Positions 1 to 12,155 of a DNA stretch of 35,834 bases are shown here, piece after piece. Numbering within the stretch: the first letter of the stretch is position 1; the number at the start of each line of letters is the position of its first letter. Source of the DNA: Octopus bimaculoides (taxonomy: Eukaryota); contig NC_069000.1 in NCBI RefSeq assembly GCF_001194135.2, forward strand, positions 13,271,716 to 13,307,549. The letters run 5' to 3'. The translations under genes were made by a program, and so were the position numbers. Below the pieces are notes generated by a model. The model did not search any database. It was not told where the DNA came from and was given only the letters and a program-made list of their open reading frames with translations.

Positions 1-51
<51 letters not shown>

Positions 52-258
52 TACCTATTTATATAAGCCCATGCACATATACCCATGTACATGTATACAT
101 ATATAGCTACATGCACACGTACATATGTATATGCATGCGTACACAAAGACATATACAAACATACATGCATACATACATGCATACATACATACATGTATAC
201 ATACATGCATACATACATACATACATGCATACATACATGCATACATACATACATACAT
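1..258. repeat. (AT)n followed by degenerate (ATAC)n/(ATGC) microsatellite
   Basis: Directly visible; source of the spurious MYVC/HTYI ORFs. Confidence 0.95.
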
Positions 259-608
259 AACTCCCTGTGATTCTCAAGTTTACTCCATACAAACTATGGA
301 CACTTGCAGAAATTAAACAGATAATTATTTATCTAACGAACTTTGACATCTTATTTCTAATGGGAAATACTACTTATTTTAGTCTATCATTTAAGCCTTT
401 CATATTTAAATTATTTCTTATACAGAAAAAAATATTCTTAATAAAACCATAATATATCAGGGACGATTATATCACAAGTATGTTACAGCCAACGTTCCCT
501 ACAATTTCGTTTCGAGAAAACTGCTATAATTTTGACATATGCAGAGATTGAGTTTTGGTTATTGATACGTAATTAAGTGTAAAAAATAAAAAAAAATTGA
601 ACAAGCTG

Positions 609-772
609 AGTCGTAGGTATGGGCTATGCAGTAAGAAGTTTGCTTCCTAACTACATGGTTCTTGGTTCAGTTCCACTGCGTGACACCTCCGGCAAATGTC
701 TTCTACTATGGCCTCGAGTTAATCACAGCCTTGTGAGTGGATTTGGTGGGCAAAAGGTGTAAGAAGTTCGTC
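609..772 (+). mobile_element. tRNA-derived SINE, family A (microsatellite-containing), 5' head only
   Basis: A-box-like GGCTATGCAGTAAG and B-box-like GGTTCAGTTCC, then GGCAAATGTCTTCTACTATGGCC...GCCTTGTGAGTGGATTTGGT...AAGAAGTTCGTC running into (AC)/(AT)n. Homologous copies at 1449-1612, 20041-20144 and 25223-25388. Confidence 0.85.
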
Positions 773-778
773 ATATAT

Positions 779-841
<63 letters not shown>

Positions 842-1448
842 NNNNNNNNNNNNNNNNNNNNNNNNNNNNNNNNNNNNNNNNNNNNNNNNNNNNNNNNNNN
901 NNNNNNNNNNNNNNNNNNNNNNNNNNNNNNNNNNNNNNNNNNNNNNNNNNNNNNNNNNNNNNNNNNNNNNNNNNNNNNNNNNNNNNNNNNNNNNNNNNNN
1001 NNNNNNNNNNNNNNNNNNNNNNNNNNNNNNNNNNNNNNNNNNNNNNNNNNNNNNNNNNNNNNNNNNNNNNNNNNNNNNNNNNNNNNNNNNNNNNNNNNNN
1101 NNNNNNNNNNNNNNNNNNNNNNNNNNNNNNNNNNNNNNNNNNNNNNNNNNNNNNNNNNNNNNNNNNNNNNNNNNNNNNNNNNNNNNNNNNNNNNNNNNNN
1201 NNNNNNNNNNNNNNNNNNNNNNNNNNNNNNNNNNNNNNNNNNNNNNNNNNNNNNNNNNNNNNNNNNNNNNNNNNNNNNNNNNNNNNNNNNNNNNNNNNNN
1301 NNNNNNNNNNNNNNNNNNNNNNNNNNNNNNNNNNNNNNNNNNNNNNNNNNNNNNNNNNNNNNNNNNNNNNNNNNNNNNNNNNNNNNNNNNNNNNNNNNNN
1401 NNNNNNNNNNNNNNNNNNNNNNNNNNNNNNNNNNNNNNNNATATATAT

Positions 1449-1612
1449 ACGACGGCCTTCTTTCAGTTTTCGTCTACCAAATCCACTCACAAGGCTTTGG
1501 TCGGCCTGAGGCTATAGTAGAAGACACTTGCCCAATGTGCTACGCAGTGGGACTGAACCCAGAACCATGTGGTTGGTAAGCAAGCTATTTATCACAAGCC
1601 ACTCCCGCGCCT
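1449..1612 (-). mobile_element. tRNA-derived SINE, family A, 5' head only
   Basis: Reverse complement reads AGGCGCGGGAGTGGCTTGTGATAAATAGCTTGCTTACCAACCACATGGTTCTGGGTTCAGTCCCACTGCGTAGCACATTGGGCAAGTGTCTTCTACTATAGCCTCAGGCCGACCAAAGCCTTGTGAGTGGATTTGGTAGACG...; clearly homologous to 609-772. Confidence 0.88.
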
Positions 1613-2097
1613 AAATTTCAAGAGGTTATATGAAGCACCCAGCAAAATAATACGTTTTTCTATGTTCTAAAGGATAATTTATTTAAAAATTCGTACACAT
1701 ACATTCACGAGTGTGTGAGAATGTCTGCATTACTATAGGTTTAAGAGAGTTAAATCATTTAATTTTCAGGTCAATATAATTGCCAAAAATGTTGATTTCC
1801 CGCAGGGAAGATGCACAGTTTTGTTTCAAAATCCGTGTCTGATATAATTAATGAACAACTTCAGGTGTGATCAACGATAACAAACCATAAAGACCGATAA
1901 ATGCTAATAGTTTCTGGTCGTCGACTGCTAAAACGTATGGTACTATATTATTGCAAGTACGACAGGAGACTTCTAGTAAATTCATTTCTGTTGCAGTAAT
2001 TGTAGTTTCGTTGTCTCAGTTAACATCAGCGCAATCAACTAACTAAACCATTAGGTTTTTTTTTATTACTCATAATTATCAACAAATGAATTTAAAT

Positions 2098-4040
2098 TTT
2101 CTCAAGAGAACATATTGCAACTAGAAGCATTCTTTTCAATCAATTTCTTTCATTGCTTTTGACTCAACTCATTATGACCAAAACTGATGACCATGCTATT
2201 TGTTTTTGTTTGTCTGCGCAAAGGCTAAAGAAATTTAAAACATGCTAGAGGAAAAGAAAATGTGTTTCTAACGGAAGAGTTTTATAATTGGAAAAAAAAA
2301 CTCACCAGTGCTTTAAGAAACATTGACGTAAAACCAACTTACTACTGCTAAACTGTGAGCATAATAGTATTGGATGAAACTGAAATAAAGCATATTTACA
2401 AATCGTAAATGCGCTACGAACAAATTGAATGTCAGCGCATCCTCTGTTGACAAGAAAGAAATTTGAGGAAACATTTTACTTACGTTTAATAAGACTACGA
2501 GGGGAATTATTCCGGCCCACTGAAAGGGTTAACAAAACTGTTACAGATACATGACTTACAATACGTAAAATGAGTTTTACATATTGTGAGTCATGTTTTT
2601 CATATTGTGAGTCATAAGGGGGTTGATATTAGAGAGAGATAGAGAGAGACACTATCTGATTTTATCATGAAAGTCTTCTGGTGAAGTTCGTAAAGCTTTT
2701 TTCAATTATTACTGACTAATATACCAGTGCATCCAACAAAAAAGCAACCTAGATTTTATATTTTTGTGGGGTTCACAAACGGTGGTAATCAATAAAGAAT
2801 AAATGTTTGCCAGGCATAAAACCTTGAACAATATTTTCAGTATAAAACGCCCTCAGAAATATAACAATATTTATGCAATTTTACAATTGTATTCCTTCAC
2901 TGCAAAGCAAATGTTTCCAAAATTTTGGAACGGCCAAATATTTCGAAGGAATTTTAACTGAAGACCTTAACAATACATCGGCAAAGAAAATTTTTAAGTA
3001 AGAACATGGAAGAAACGCTATATGATTACGATATGATGTGATGAGTAATGAATTATTGTAATTAAGATTTAATAAAGGGGCTTGAATTTGTTCGGTGTGT
3101 TGAAATACAAACATGGAAGTCTCAGAATGTAAATTCATGCCCTGTGTTGTCGTAACCTTGCGTGCAACGAAACAGATCTGCTACCTGCTTTCAAGGAAGT
3201 TTTTCATAAATATTCAATCCTGTGTAAGTATTGGCGAAGAATACAGTAGTGATTTTTGGGGCCGTGTTATATTCAAATGGATGTGTTTAATTTATTTTTT
3301 GGACTAAATCTTAGCCAGCTTTTGCATTCGCATACAGATAAATATTCAACCTCACTGCAAGCAGTTAAAATGGCGTCAACAGTTGAACAGGAAATTGATG
3401 GAATTACAAGAAAAGTTTTGAAAGATATTAGATACCATCTATAATGATTATTCTGCAAAAATCAAGATTCCATTGTGCCCCAAAGCCTGAATTACGACCT
3501 ACACAAAAGACCCTTAGAAAAATCGAAAATTTTCCGTCGGTAGCCCGAGTCCATTACTGACGTGTGCATTTTGAAGCTGTGGATATAATTAAATGCAGTG
3601 ACAAAGTGAATTTCAGGTATATTTCAGTATGGAAGCATTTGCTTCTAAAGGAGAACAACAAAGACAACACATTATCAGAAATATGGTGATTATAATGATA
3701 TTAATTTTTAACTTGACTTTCATTTTTTGAATTTTCTGAGAGACTTCTGTTGTTGTTTGGTTCACATAGCAGACAAACCAAACGAAAAAAATTATAGCCG
3801 ACTGCAAACAACTAACATCAGAGATTTGTGCAATTTGCCAAATTTCACTGGCAAATACTACAGCATCTGCTACAGCTGAATGATCATTTTCATCAGCAAA
3901 ACGAATAAAGACATGTCTTTAGTCAAGATTGACACAAAACAGATTAAATTCACTAACTATACTTTCACATCACAAAGAGCGGACAGACAAAATAAATTTG
4001 ATTGTCGTTGCTGCTTTCTGTAATGAGAATACGCAATGAG
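2098..4040 (+). mobile_element. Decayed hAT-superfamily (ZMYM1-like) transposase fossil
   Basis: Motifs appear in the expected order across stops and frameshifts. TTF-type Zn-finger region: HSFQS..FDSTHYDQ (2128-2181), HARGKENVFLTEEFYNWKK and QCFKKH. Middle: KQPRFYI (~2745), QMDVFNLFFGLNLSQLLHSHTDKYSTSLQ (3256-3444 ORF) and HY*RVHFEAVDII (~3553). C-terminal dimerisation domain: ANTTASATAE*SFSSAKRIKTCL*SRLTQNRLNSLTILSHHKERTDKINL (3851-4000). Motif recognition is from knowledge of hAT proteins; TIRs were not identified. Confidence 0.85.
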
Positions 4041-4479
4041 TTCTCGTAGAATCTCACTGATTGGATGATAAATTAAGTTGAATAATAAAGTTATTCTGTC
4101 TTTGAGACATTCTATAATTGATACGTTACTTAGAATACGTTACAAATTTTAATCAACGTCTTTCCAATTTCCAAGTCACGATATAATACCGGTTACGTTC
4201 GAGTAAAACAAAAATCATGTATTCATTTTTATTTTATTTATTTTATCATACAAGTTGAAACACCGCTCTCCGGGCGCTTTTTTTTGTAAGTATGTCATGC
4301 TTGCTAGAATGAAACTGCTCTGATGCGCATATCTGCCAATATATATTAAACTTGAAATGAAAATGCCTAATTCTGATATGATAAACAGATGTAGTGTAAA
4401 TATTTTTACAAATATTTTCAAAGTGTCTCAAAGAAAAACTTAGTAATCAATTACTGTTAATAAAAACAATTGAGTAAAG

Positions 4480-4765
4480 GCGGTAGAAAGCAAGAGAGAG
4501 AGAGGGGGGGAAGAGAGAGAGGGTATTGTAAGGAAAGTAAAAGAACAGAATGTTCAAGAGAAAGACGAAATGTATTAAATGAAATGACTCGTGAAGTGAG
4601 ATAAAGTTTGTGAGAGAAGTGGCAAAAGCCGAATGAGAAAAGGCACGGCAGAAAAGGATGATGATAAGAGTGGGTGAAAGATGTTACGAGAATATAGAAA
4701 GATGTAGCAGCGATAAATAATGAGATGGAAAGAGAAAGCGCATTGCAAGGAAACAGTAGAAAATA
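4480..4765. repeat. Purine-rich (GA-rich) low-complexity tract
   Basis: Strong A/G bias on the + strand with (GA)n runs. Confidence 0.6.
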
Positions 4766-5173
4766 AGGGGATAAAAATCTATGGTGTTAAAACATTTGTC
4801 TCAGTGAATAAAAATAAAGCTTGTTGAAATCTTCAATAATAGATGCGTGAAATCCACATTTTTATAAAACTATTAAAAGTGAAATTTATAAGAATTTTCT
4901 ACATAATATAGACTTAATAATTACTTTCTTTTCGTAAAAAACACATTCTCACAGCTAATTAATAAGGCGTTTTCTTTATTATATCATAATTTATTTACTT
5001 TACTTCAGTTTGCAGTTCCTATTTTTTAACATCAATATACATTTAAACACGTAAATTTAAAACTGTTCACGTTAGAAAATGCTATTGTGGAGAATTTCGA
5101 TAAATGGATTGAATGAATATATATATACACCGACCTCTGAAATTTAGGTAGGTAGATAGGTAGGCAAGCAGAT

Positions 5174-5411
5174 GGCAGTCGGCGAGCTGGCAGAAACGTT
5201 AGCACGTCAGGCGAAATGTTTAGCGGTATTTCGTCTGCCATTACGTTCTGAGTTCAAATTCCGCCGAGGTCGACTTTGCCTTTCATCCTTTCGGGGTCGA
5301 TAAATCAAGTACCAGTTACGCACTGGGGTCGATGTAATCGACTTAATTCTTTTATCTGTCCTTGTTTGTCCCCCTCTATGTTTAGCCACTTATGGGCAAT
5401 AAAGAAATAAG
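5174..5411 (+). mobile_element. tRNA-derived SINE, family B, near full length
   Basis: A-box-like GAGCTGGCAGAAACGTTAG and B-box GAGTTCAAATTCC (5250-5262), then GAGGTCGACTTTGCCTTTCATCCTTTCGGGGTCGATAAATCAAGTACCAG, and an A-rich end (AATAAAGAAATAAG). Confidence 0.85.
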
Positions 5412-6172
5412 GTAGTACGTAGATATCGATAGATACATACAAACATGCAAACAGATACACACATACTTGTATGCATGCATTCATATATTCATGCATGCAT
5501 TCATATATTCATGCATGCATACATACATATTAAATTTATAATTAAAGTTACCCTCGTATATTTTACTTTCGGCTTAAAAATAGACTCCATGATTAAATAG
5601 TCGACCTGAAATTTCAGCAACCATACAGCAAGAACGAATCGAATATCAATTAGTTTGGGCTTATGTAGAATCCATCGACAGAATTCGCTTATTTACTCCT
5701 GGTAAATGAGAGAAAAATTATCGCCTCATAGAGACATTCTAAACACGATCAAGATAGACACGACCTTATTTACATTACAGTACAAAATAGTTTCTGGTTG
5801 ATGAAAGAGTCCTTTCGTTTAACCACGGGACCCTACTTTCACTTACGGGTTGAACATATGTTTCATACACAATTAGACATCAACCTTGGTTACGATTATA
5901 AATTCATAAACTCTCTGTCTGTGGGCCAGTTAAAACACACATACACACACACACACATACACGCATACGCACATATAGGGGCACACGTGTGTTTGAGTGT
6001 GTGTGTGTTTGAAAGTTTGTGTGTGTGTGTATGTTATAAAATATGTTTCTGCTGTACTTACTATACTCAATGTTCTTTATTTTGATCGAAATAAAATACC
6101 CTGTCGGTGCTCCAGTAAATTTAAATATATATAGATAGATAGATATGTATACATATACGTACGTATCTATGC

Positions 6173-6216
<44 letters not shown>

Positions 6217-6779
6217 NNNNNNNNNNNNNNNNNNNNNNNNNNNNNNNNNNNNNNNNNNNNNNNNNNNNNNNNNNNNNNATATACACATACACATATATAC
6301 ATATATGTATATATATATATGCATGTTTGTAAGAATATATGGGTGGATAGATGCATTTAAAGTGCTTTGTAATTAATGTTAATACCGTCGTAATAAATCT
6401 CTTGAAAGACACTAGAGAATAACTAACCGCTTCGGCAAAGTAAACTTGAATTACTCAGTAACAATCCAATATTAACTTCCGCTTTTACATAAATGAAACT
6501 ATGACTACACGTCTTTGAATTTCTATAAATTAACCTTATAAATTCTTGAAACGACACCAGTCATTATATTGACAAAATGTCTGCAAATTGTAGAAATAAA
6601 TAAATATGCAGAGAAAAGAAAAAAAGATATTTTGTAAAAAGATTTCACGAAGCAAATAAAAAGTAAATTAAATTAAATCAGTATGATTTTTTTAAAGAAT
6701 ATGTATGCATGTATGTATGCACGTATGTATGAATGTATGTATGAATGAATGTGTATATAAGTGTGTGTGTGTGTGTGTG

Positions 6780-6824
<45 letters not shown>

Positions 6825-7703
6825 NNNNNNNNNNNNNNNNNNNNNNNNNNNNNNNNNNNNNNNNNNNNNNNNNNNNNNNNNNNNNNNNNNNNNNNNNNNN
6901 NNNNNNNNNNNNNNNNNNNNNNNNNNNNNNNNNNNNNNNNNNNNNNNNNNNNNNNNNNNNNNNNNNNNNNNNNNNNNNNNNNNNNNNNNNNNNNNNNNNN
7001 NNNNNNNNNNNNNNNNNNNNNNNNNNNNNNNNNNNNNNNNNNNNNNNNNNNNNNNNNNNNNNNNNNNNNNNNNNNNNNNNNNNNNNNNNNNNNNNNNNNN
7101 NNNNNNNNNNNNNNNNNNNNNNNNNNNNNNNNNNNNNNNNNNNNNNNNNNNNNNNNNNNNNNNNNNNNNNNNNNNNNNNNNNNNNNNNNNNNNNNNNNNN
7201 NNNNNNNNNNNNNNNNNNNNNNNNNNNNNNNNNNNNNNNNNNNNNNNNNNNNNNNNNNNNNNNNNNNNNNNNNNNNNNNNNNNNNNNNNNNNNNNNNNNN
7301 NNNNNNNNNNNNNNNNNNNNNNNNNNNNNNNNNNNNNNNNNNNNNNNNNNNNNNNNNNNNNNNNNNNNNNNNNNNNNNNNNNNNNNNNNNNNNNNNNNNN
7401 NNNNNNNNNNNNNNNNNNNNNNNNNNNNNNNNNNNNNNNNNNNNNNNNNNNNNNNNNNNNNNNNNNNNNNNNNNNNNNNNNNNNNNNNNNNNNNNNNNNN
7501 NNNNNNNNNNNNNNNNNNNNNNNNNNNNNNTGGTGGCAGCTGATGAAGGGGATGTTTCTGTGTGGCCTGCTTGTTTGTTGCACTTTGTTTACCATTTTGT
7601 CCTTGTTCTTTTGCCACGTCATGTACCCAGTTATGTATCTATATGTACATGTAGATGAACGTATATACATACATGTACATATATATACATATACTAATAT
7701 ATT

Positions 7704-7742
<39 letters not shown>

Positions 7743-8347
7743 GTGTGTGTCTGTGTATATATGTGTGTGTATGTGAGTGTGTAGTACACATATACATACT
7801 CCTATATATGCACTTATACTCCAAAGAGAGAGGGGAGAGGGAAAAGATTAGATAGATAACCGCACAAAGACAAATTGATAGGCAGACAGACAGACCGACA
7901 GACAGGCAGACTGACAAACAAACAGCCAGACAGATACAATGAAAAGAAATCACCATGTGTTCTACGCACAAACGCTGAATTGTGTAGAAAACTAGCCAAT
8001 TCCTGTGAGAATGTCTAAGTGAGAGAAAAGTACTTCATGGTATCGATAATATCTGCGAGGGCTGACAAAATCTTTTAGCTCGGCTACTTATCTTTTGATT
8101 GAAAAATAGAACCAATTGATCGATTCTTTAGTTACTTCATCCTAACATGTACCATCAAGTGACTGAGTGACTGACAGTTCTCTTAATGTTCTCTGCGTTT
8201 GGTGTGTCTCTACACAAACACACACACAAATACACACACACACATACACATATGTCTATATATATATATATATATATATATGAATATATATACGAACGCA
8301 CACACATATATATATATATACATATATGTGTGAGTGTGTGTGTATAG

Positions 8348-8387
<40 letters not shown>

Positions 8388-8547
8388 ATGTATATATATA
8401 TATGATACGTATGTATGTATATATATAGATATATATGTATATAAGCATAGATGTAGATGCACATATATACATATATATGAATTTAATATATCTGCATACA
8501 CAAACACACATAGATACAGTCTTAAACACACACACACACATAGAAAC

Positions 8548-8626
<79 letters not shown>

Positions 8627-9415
8627 AGACAGAAAGAGGCAGAAAGAGAGAGTGAGGGAGAAAGAGACAAAGTGACAAACACACTGGGCTGTGTATACAG
8701 TATAAAATTCTATACTTCGCAGCATATCGATTTCCAATGAGTTACTGTGGAGATTACTCTTTGAAAACGAACATTATAGTATCTCTTCACATCTTTTCTT
8801 CTCCTTCATCTCTCATTTCAAATGTTGCTAAAGGCCCAATCATCCAAATTGCCCCCAGTTTAGAGCACTAACTCACTAGCTGTACGTCCCTAAGGGCAAA
8901 ATCTTCATTTTATGGTATATCACCGAGATTGACAGTCAGTAAGGTAGCTGAGATGAAATTAGTTCAGAACGATGAGAATTTTTTTAAAAAGTAGCCACAG
9001 AAATAGATACACATACATACATGCATACATACATACATACACACATGCATGCATATTTGTGTGTGTGTGTAAATATCTGTAGCCTAAGGCTTCGTGGTAA
9101 ATCTAGATTCAGAATCTTCAAACAGATTATCAATCATTTTCTATCCAATGTTTCATAATGTATCTGTACGCCGAACGGTTTGTAGTGTGTAGTTTGTAGT
9201 TTATCTTCCTTTACAGAGCACCTTTTGTTAATATTATTATCTATCCAAAAAATGTATATGTAACGATCTATCTACGCAATCTGATGTTTCCTAAGTACAA
9301 ATGTATGCACATACGTACGCACATATGTATGTATGTATGTATGTATGCATGTATGCATGCATGTATGTATGTATGTATGTATGTATGTATGTATGTACGT
9401 ACGTATGTAGAAAAA

Positions 9416-9740
9416 GCAGCATTCCGTCGGTTACGACGCCGTGGGTCCCAGCTGATACGATCAACGGAAGAGCTTGCTCGTGAAATTAACGTTCAAGTGA
9501 CTGAGCAATCCACAGACACGTGTACCCCTAACGTAGTTCTCAGGGAGATTCAGCGTGACACAGAGTGTGACAAGGCCGGCCCTTTGAATTACAGGTACTA
9601 CTCATGTTTGCCAGCTGAGTGGACTGAAGCAACGTGAAATAAAGTGTCTTGTTCAAGGACACAACGCGTCGCTGGGAACTGAACTCACGACCTTACGATG
9701 GTGAGCCGAATGCCCTAACCACTAAGCCACCTGCCTTCAC
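9416..9740 (-). mobile_element. tRNA-derived SINE, family C (CORE-like centre), full length
   Basis: Reverse complement: GTGAAGGCAGGTGGCTTAGTGGTTAGG (A box)...GAGTTCAGTTCC (B box)...TGTGTCCTTGAACAAGACACTTTA (CORE-like)... The 3' ~180 bp is shared with 33900-34076. Confidence 0.88.
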
Positions 9741-9762
9741 AATGTATGTATGTATGTATATA

Positions 9763-10035
9763 GTCGATGACGCATGGCCCAGTGGTTAGGGTGTTGCACC
9801 CACGAGCGTGACTCAATTCCTGAACGGGGTGAGTCGTTGTGTTCTTGAGCAAAGCATTTCATCTCAAGCTGCTCTGTGACCACTTCAACACCTGGCGTGC
9901 GATACACCGTGCACCTGTTCAGGCAACATCGATTTGATGACGGGAGTGAGATCATGTGCAGCACAAATATTTGATCACTATAGACAAATCATTTGCGTAA
10001 GTTGGTCTGCAAGCAATTTCAGAAGCGTCTTCCTC
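9763..10035 (+). mobile_element. tRNA-derived SINE, family D
   Basis: Head CGCATGGCCCAGTGGTTAGG...CTCAATTCC...GTGTTCTTGAGCAAAGCATTTCAT is related to the family C head, followed by a different body. Confidence 0.75.
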
Positions 10036-10374
10036 GAACTGAGATACTAATATGTATGTATGGCGTTGTTCAGTTTTATTTCAAAATTTGTTGCCAATAA
10101 AGAAAGAGTCGGTTTCTAACCGAGATCCAAGGCTCCTTCATTGGAATTTCAACATCAACAACAGGGTATTTTTGTTTGTTTGTATGTATGTATGTATGTA
10201 TGTATGTATGTATGTATGTATGTATGTATGTGTGCAGATTTATATGTTTTGTTTTATGTAAGTATTCTCATGCATATATACCTGCATACCCAGACATGCT
10301 CATATATTATTTAAATGATAAACTTCTGGAAAGTTTTACAGATTTTTACAGTTCTTTTTATGAAGTCGTTTTGC

Positions 10375-10490
10375 AGCAAAGTAGTTTTGGGTCAGTCCTA
10401 CTAGGCATCATATTGATCAAGTGTTTTCTACTCAGGCCCGGGGCCGGCCAATGTAAGTCGGAAATTGTGTGGATGATTGCTGTGTGTATG

Positions 10491-10548
<58 letters not shown>

Positions 10549-10815
10549 NNNNNNNNNNNNNNNNNNNNNNNNNNNNNNNNNNNNNNNNNNNNNNNNNNNN
10601 NNNNNNNNNNNNNNNNNNNNCCCCCCCCCCACTGCCGGACAAGCGGTGTTACTTTGCTCACGTCTCCATAAAGTAGCGTTTTGTGAAACGGACACCGATT
10701 TAACAAGTACCATGTTTGAAAATAAGTATTAGGGGCGATTTGTTCAGCTAAAGCCTTCAAGACGGCGCCCCACCATGGCTGCAATCCAATGATTAAATTC
10801 AGTACATGGTAAAAG
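10375..10815 (+). mobile_element. Degenerate family A SINE (head, (GT)n plus gap, tail)
   Basis: Head remnant GGGTCAGTCCTACT...CAAGTGTTTTCTACT..GCCCGGGGCCGGCC; after the gap, tail remnant ACCGATTTAACAAGTACC...GGCGCCCCACCATGGCTGCAATCCAATGA...GTAAAAGATAAA. Confidence 0.65.
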
Positions 10816-11988
10816 ATAAATTAACCTTATAAAAGAAGTAATTGTCTCCTGCTATAGAATGTTAATTTGAACCCTTTCAATGTTCTTCGCCTTATTGCTT
10901 ATGACAACTGCAGTAAAAAAAATTCAGTACCAGCAATTATCGTAACAATTTGAATAGCTCTGAGTTTCTTACGAAATAATGATTATCTATTTCGAAACCA
11001 TTACGCCATTCACACAGTCACTAGAAACATGCGTACATTCACGTTTTTGTAAAAATAAAAAATAATAAAAGAAGAATTCCTCATCATAATCCTGAACAGA
11101 ATTACGCATATGCATTTATTATTCATTCATACACCCACGTTTATATACACATTTATATATCTGCTTCTATACGAAAATAATCTCACCATACAATGCAATC
11201 ATGTACTTTTGCAGTATTGCATTCATACATTTATACATCCACACACAACTACGAGATACATATTCATACGGTGACGCAGAGATAATATGCTTCAGGAAAA
11301 GAAAGAAAGAGGAAACACTTTTAAAAAAATCATCACTCATAATAATTCCAAAAGTGTAAGAATATTGACAACCTGATAGCTATTGTCCTCAAGTGAAACA
11401 ATTCCCGTAATTCGTATCTTTCAAGCGATCTTCACGTCTTCCATTTTCCTCATTGACAAGCAGACGATAACCTCTTTCACTTAGTTCCCGCTTAAACTCC
11501 GATTTCTTCCGAATCATTACGAACAAAATTCAAAGAAGCGAGTCTAATAATGTTTTGACATGTTCGACACAACCACCATTCATCTTCTGAACTATTTATC
11601 ACCAATTCACCTCGTCATTCTTTTTACGACTTTTCTATTTATTATTAAAAATAGGCTTGATTCTTTTCATTGGTATTTAACCAGACATTTTTCATTTCTT
11701 CATTAATACATATTTATTTTTTTTATTTTTCTTATTTCTGTTCGTTTATTTTTACTGTAAAAATACATCTTTTTCTTTATATAGTACTCTCTATTTTGTA
11801 TATTGTTCCATCCTTTTCAATATCTTCTTGTTTTTTCTTCGTATTTTTGTTGTTTTTTTTTTCTTCTTCTGACTGACTCTATCAATAAATTTGCCTGCAC
11901 CAGAAACACATTCAGGGTTGCATTTTCTTTTCAAACAAACACTCTTTAGTTGACTTCGAATATTTTAAATTCATCTTTTAGCAACAAA

Positions 11989-12019
<31 letters not shown>

Positions 12020-12155
12020 AATTATTACTTTTTTTCTGCTAATCTTTTTATGATTAATCACATTCAAGCTTACAAACTCTAACAAAACGAAAACAGAAGC
12101 ATAAATGAATTTCTAAACCATGAAGAAATATGCAAACATTAATGAAAAGAAAATA

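Noticed and set aside
5470-5520. 20-bp tandem duplication (GCATGCATTCATATATTCAT x2.4)
   Set aside because: Ordinary slippage within a (TACA/TGCA) microsatellite region.
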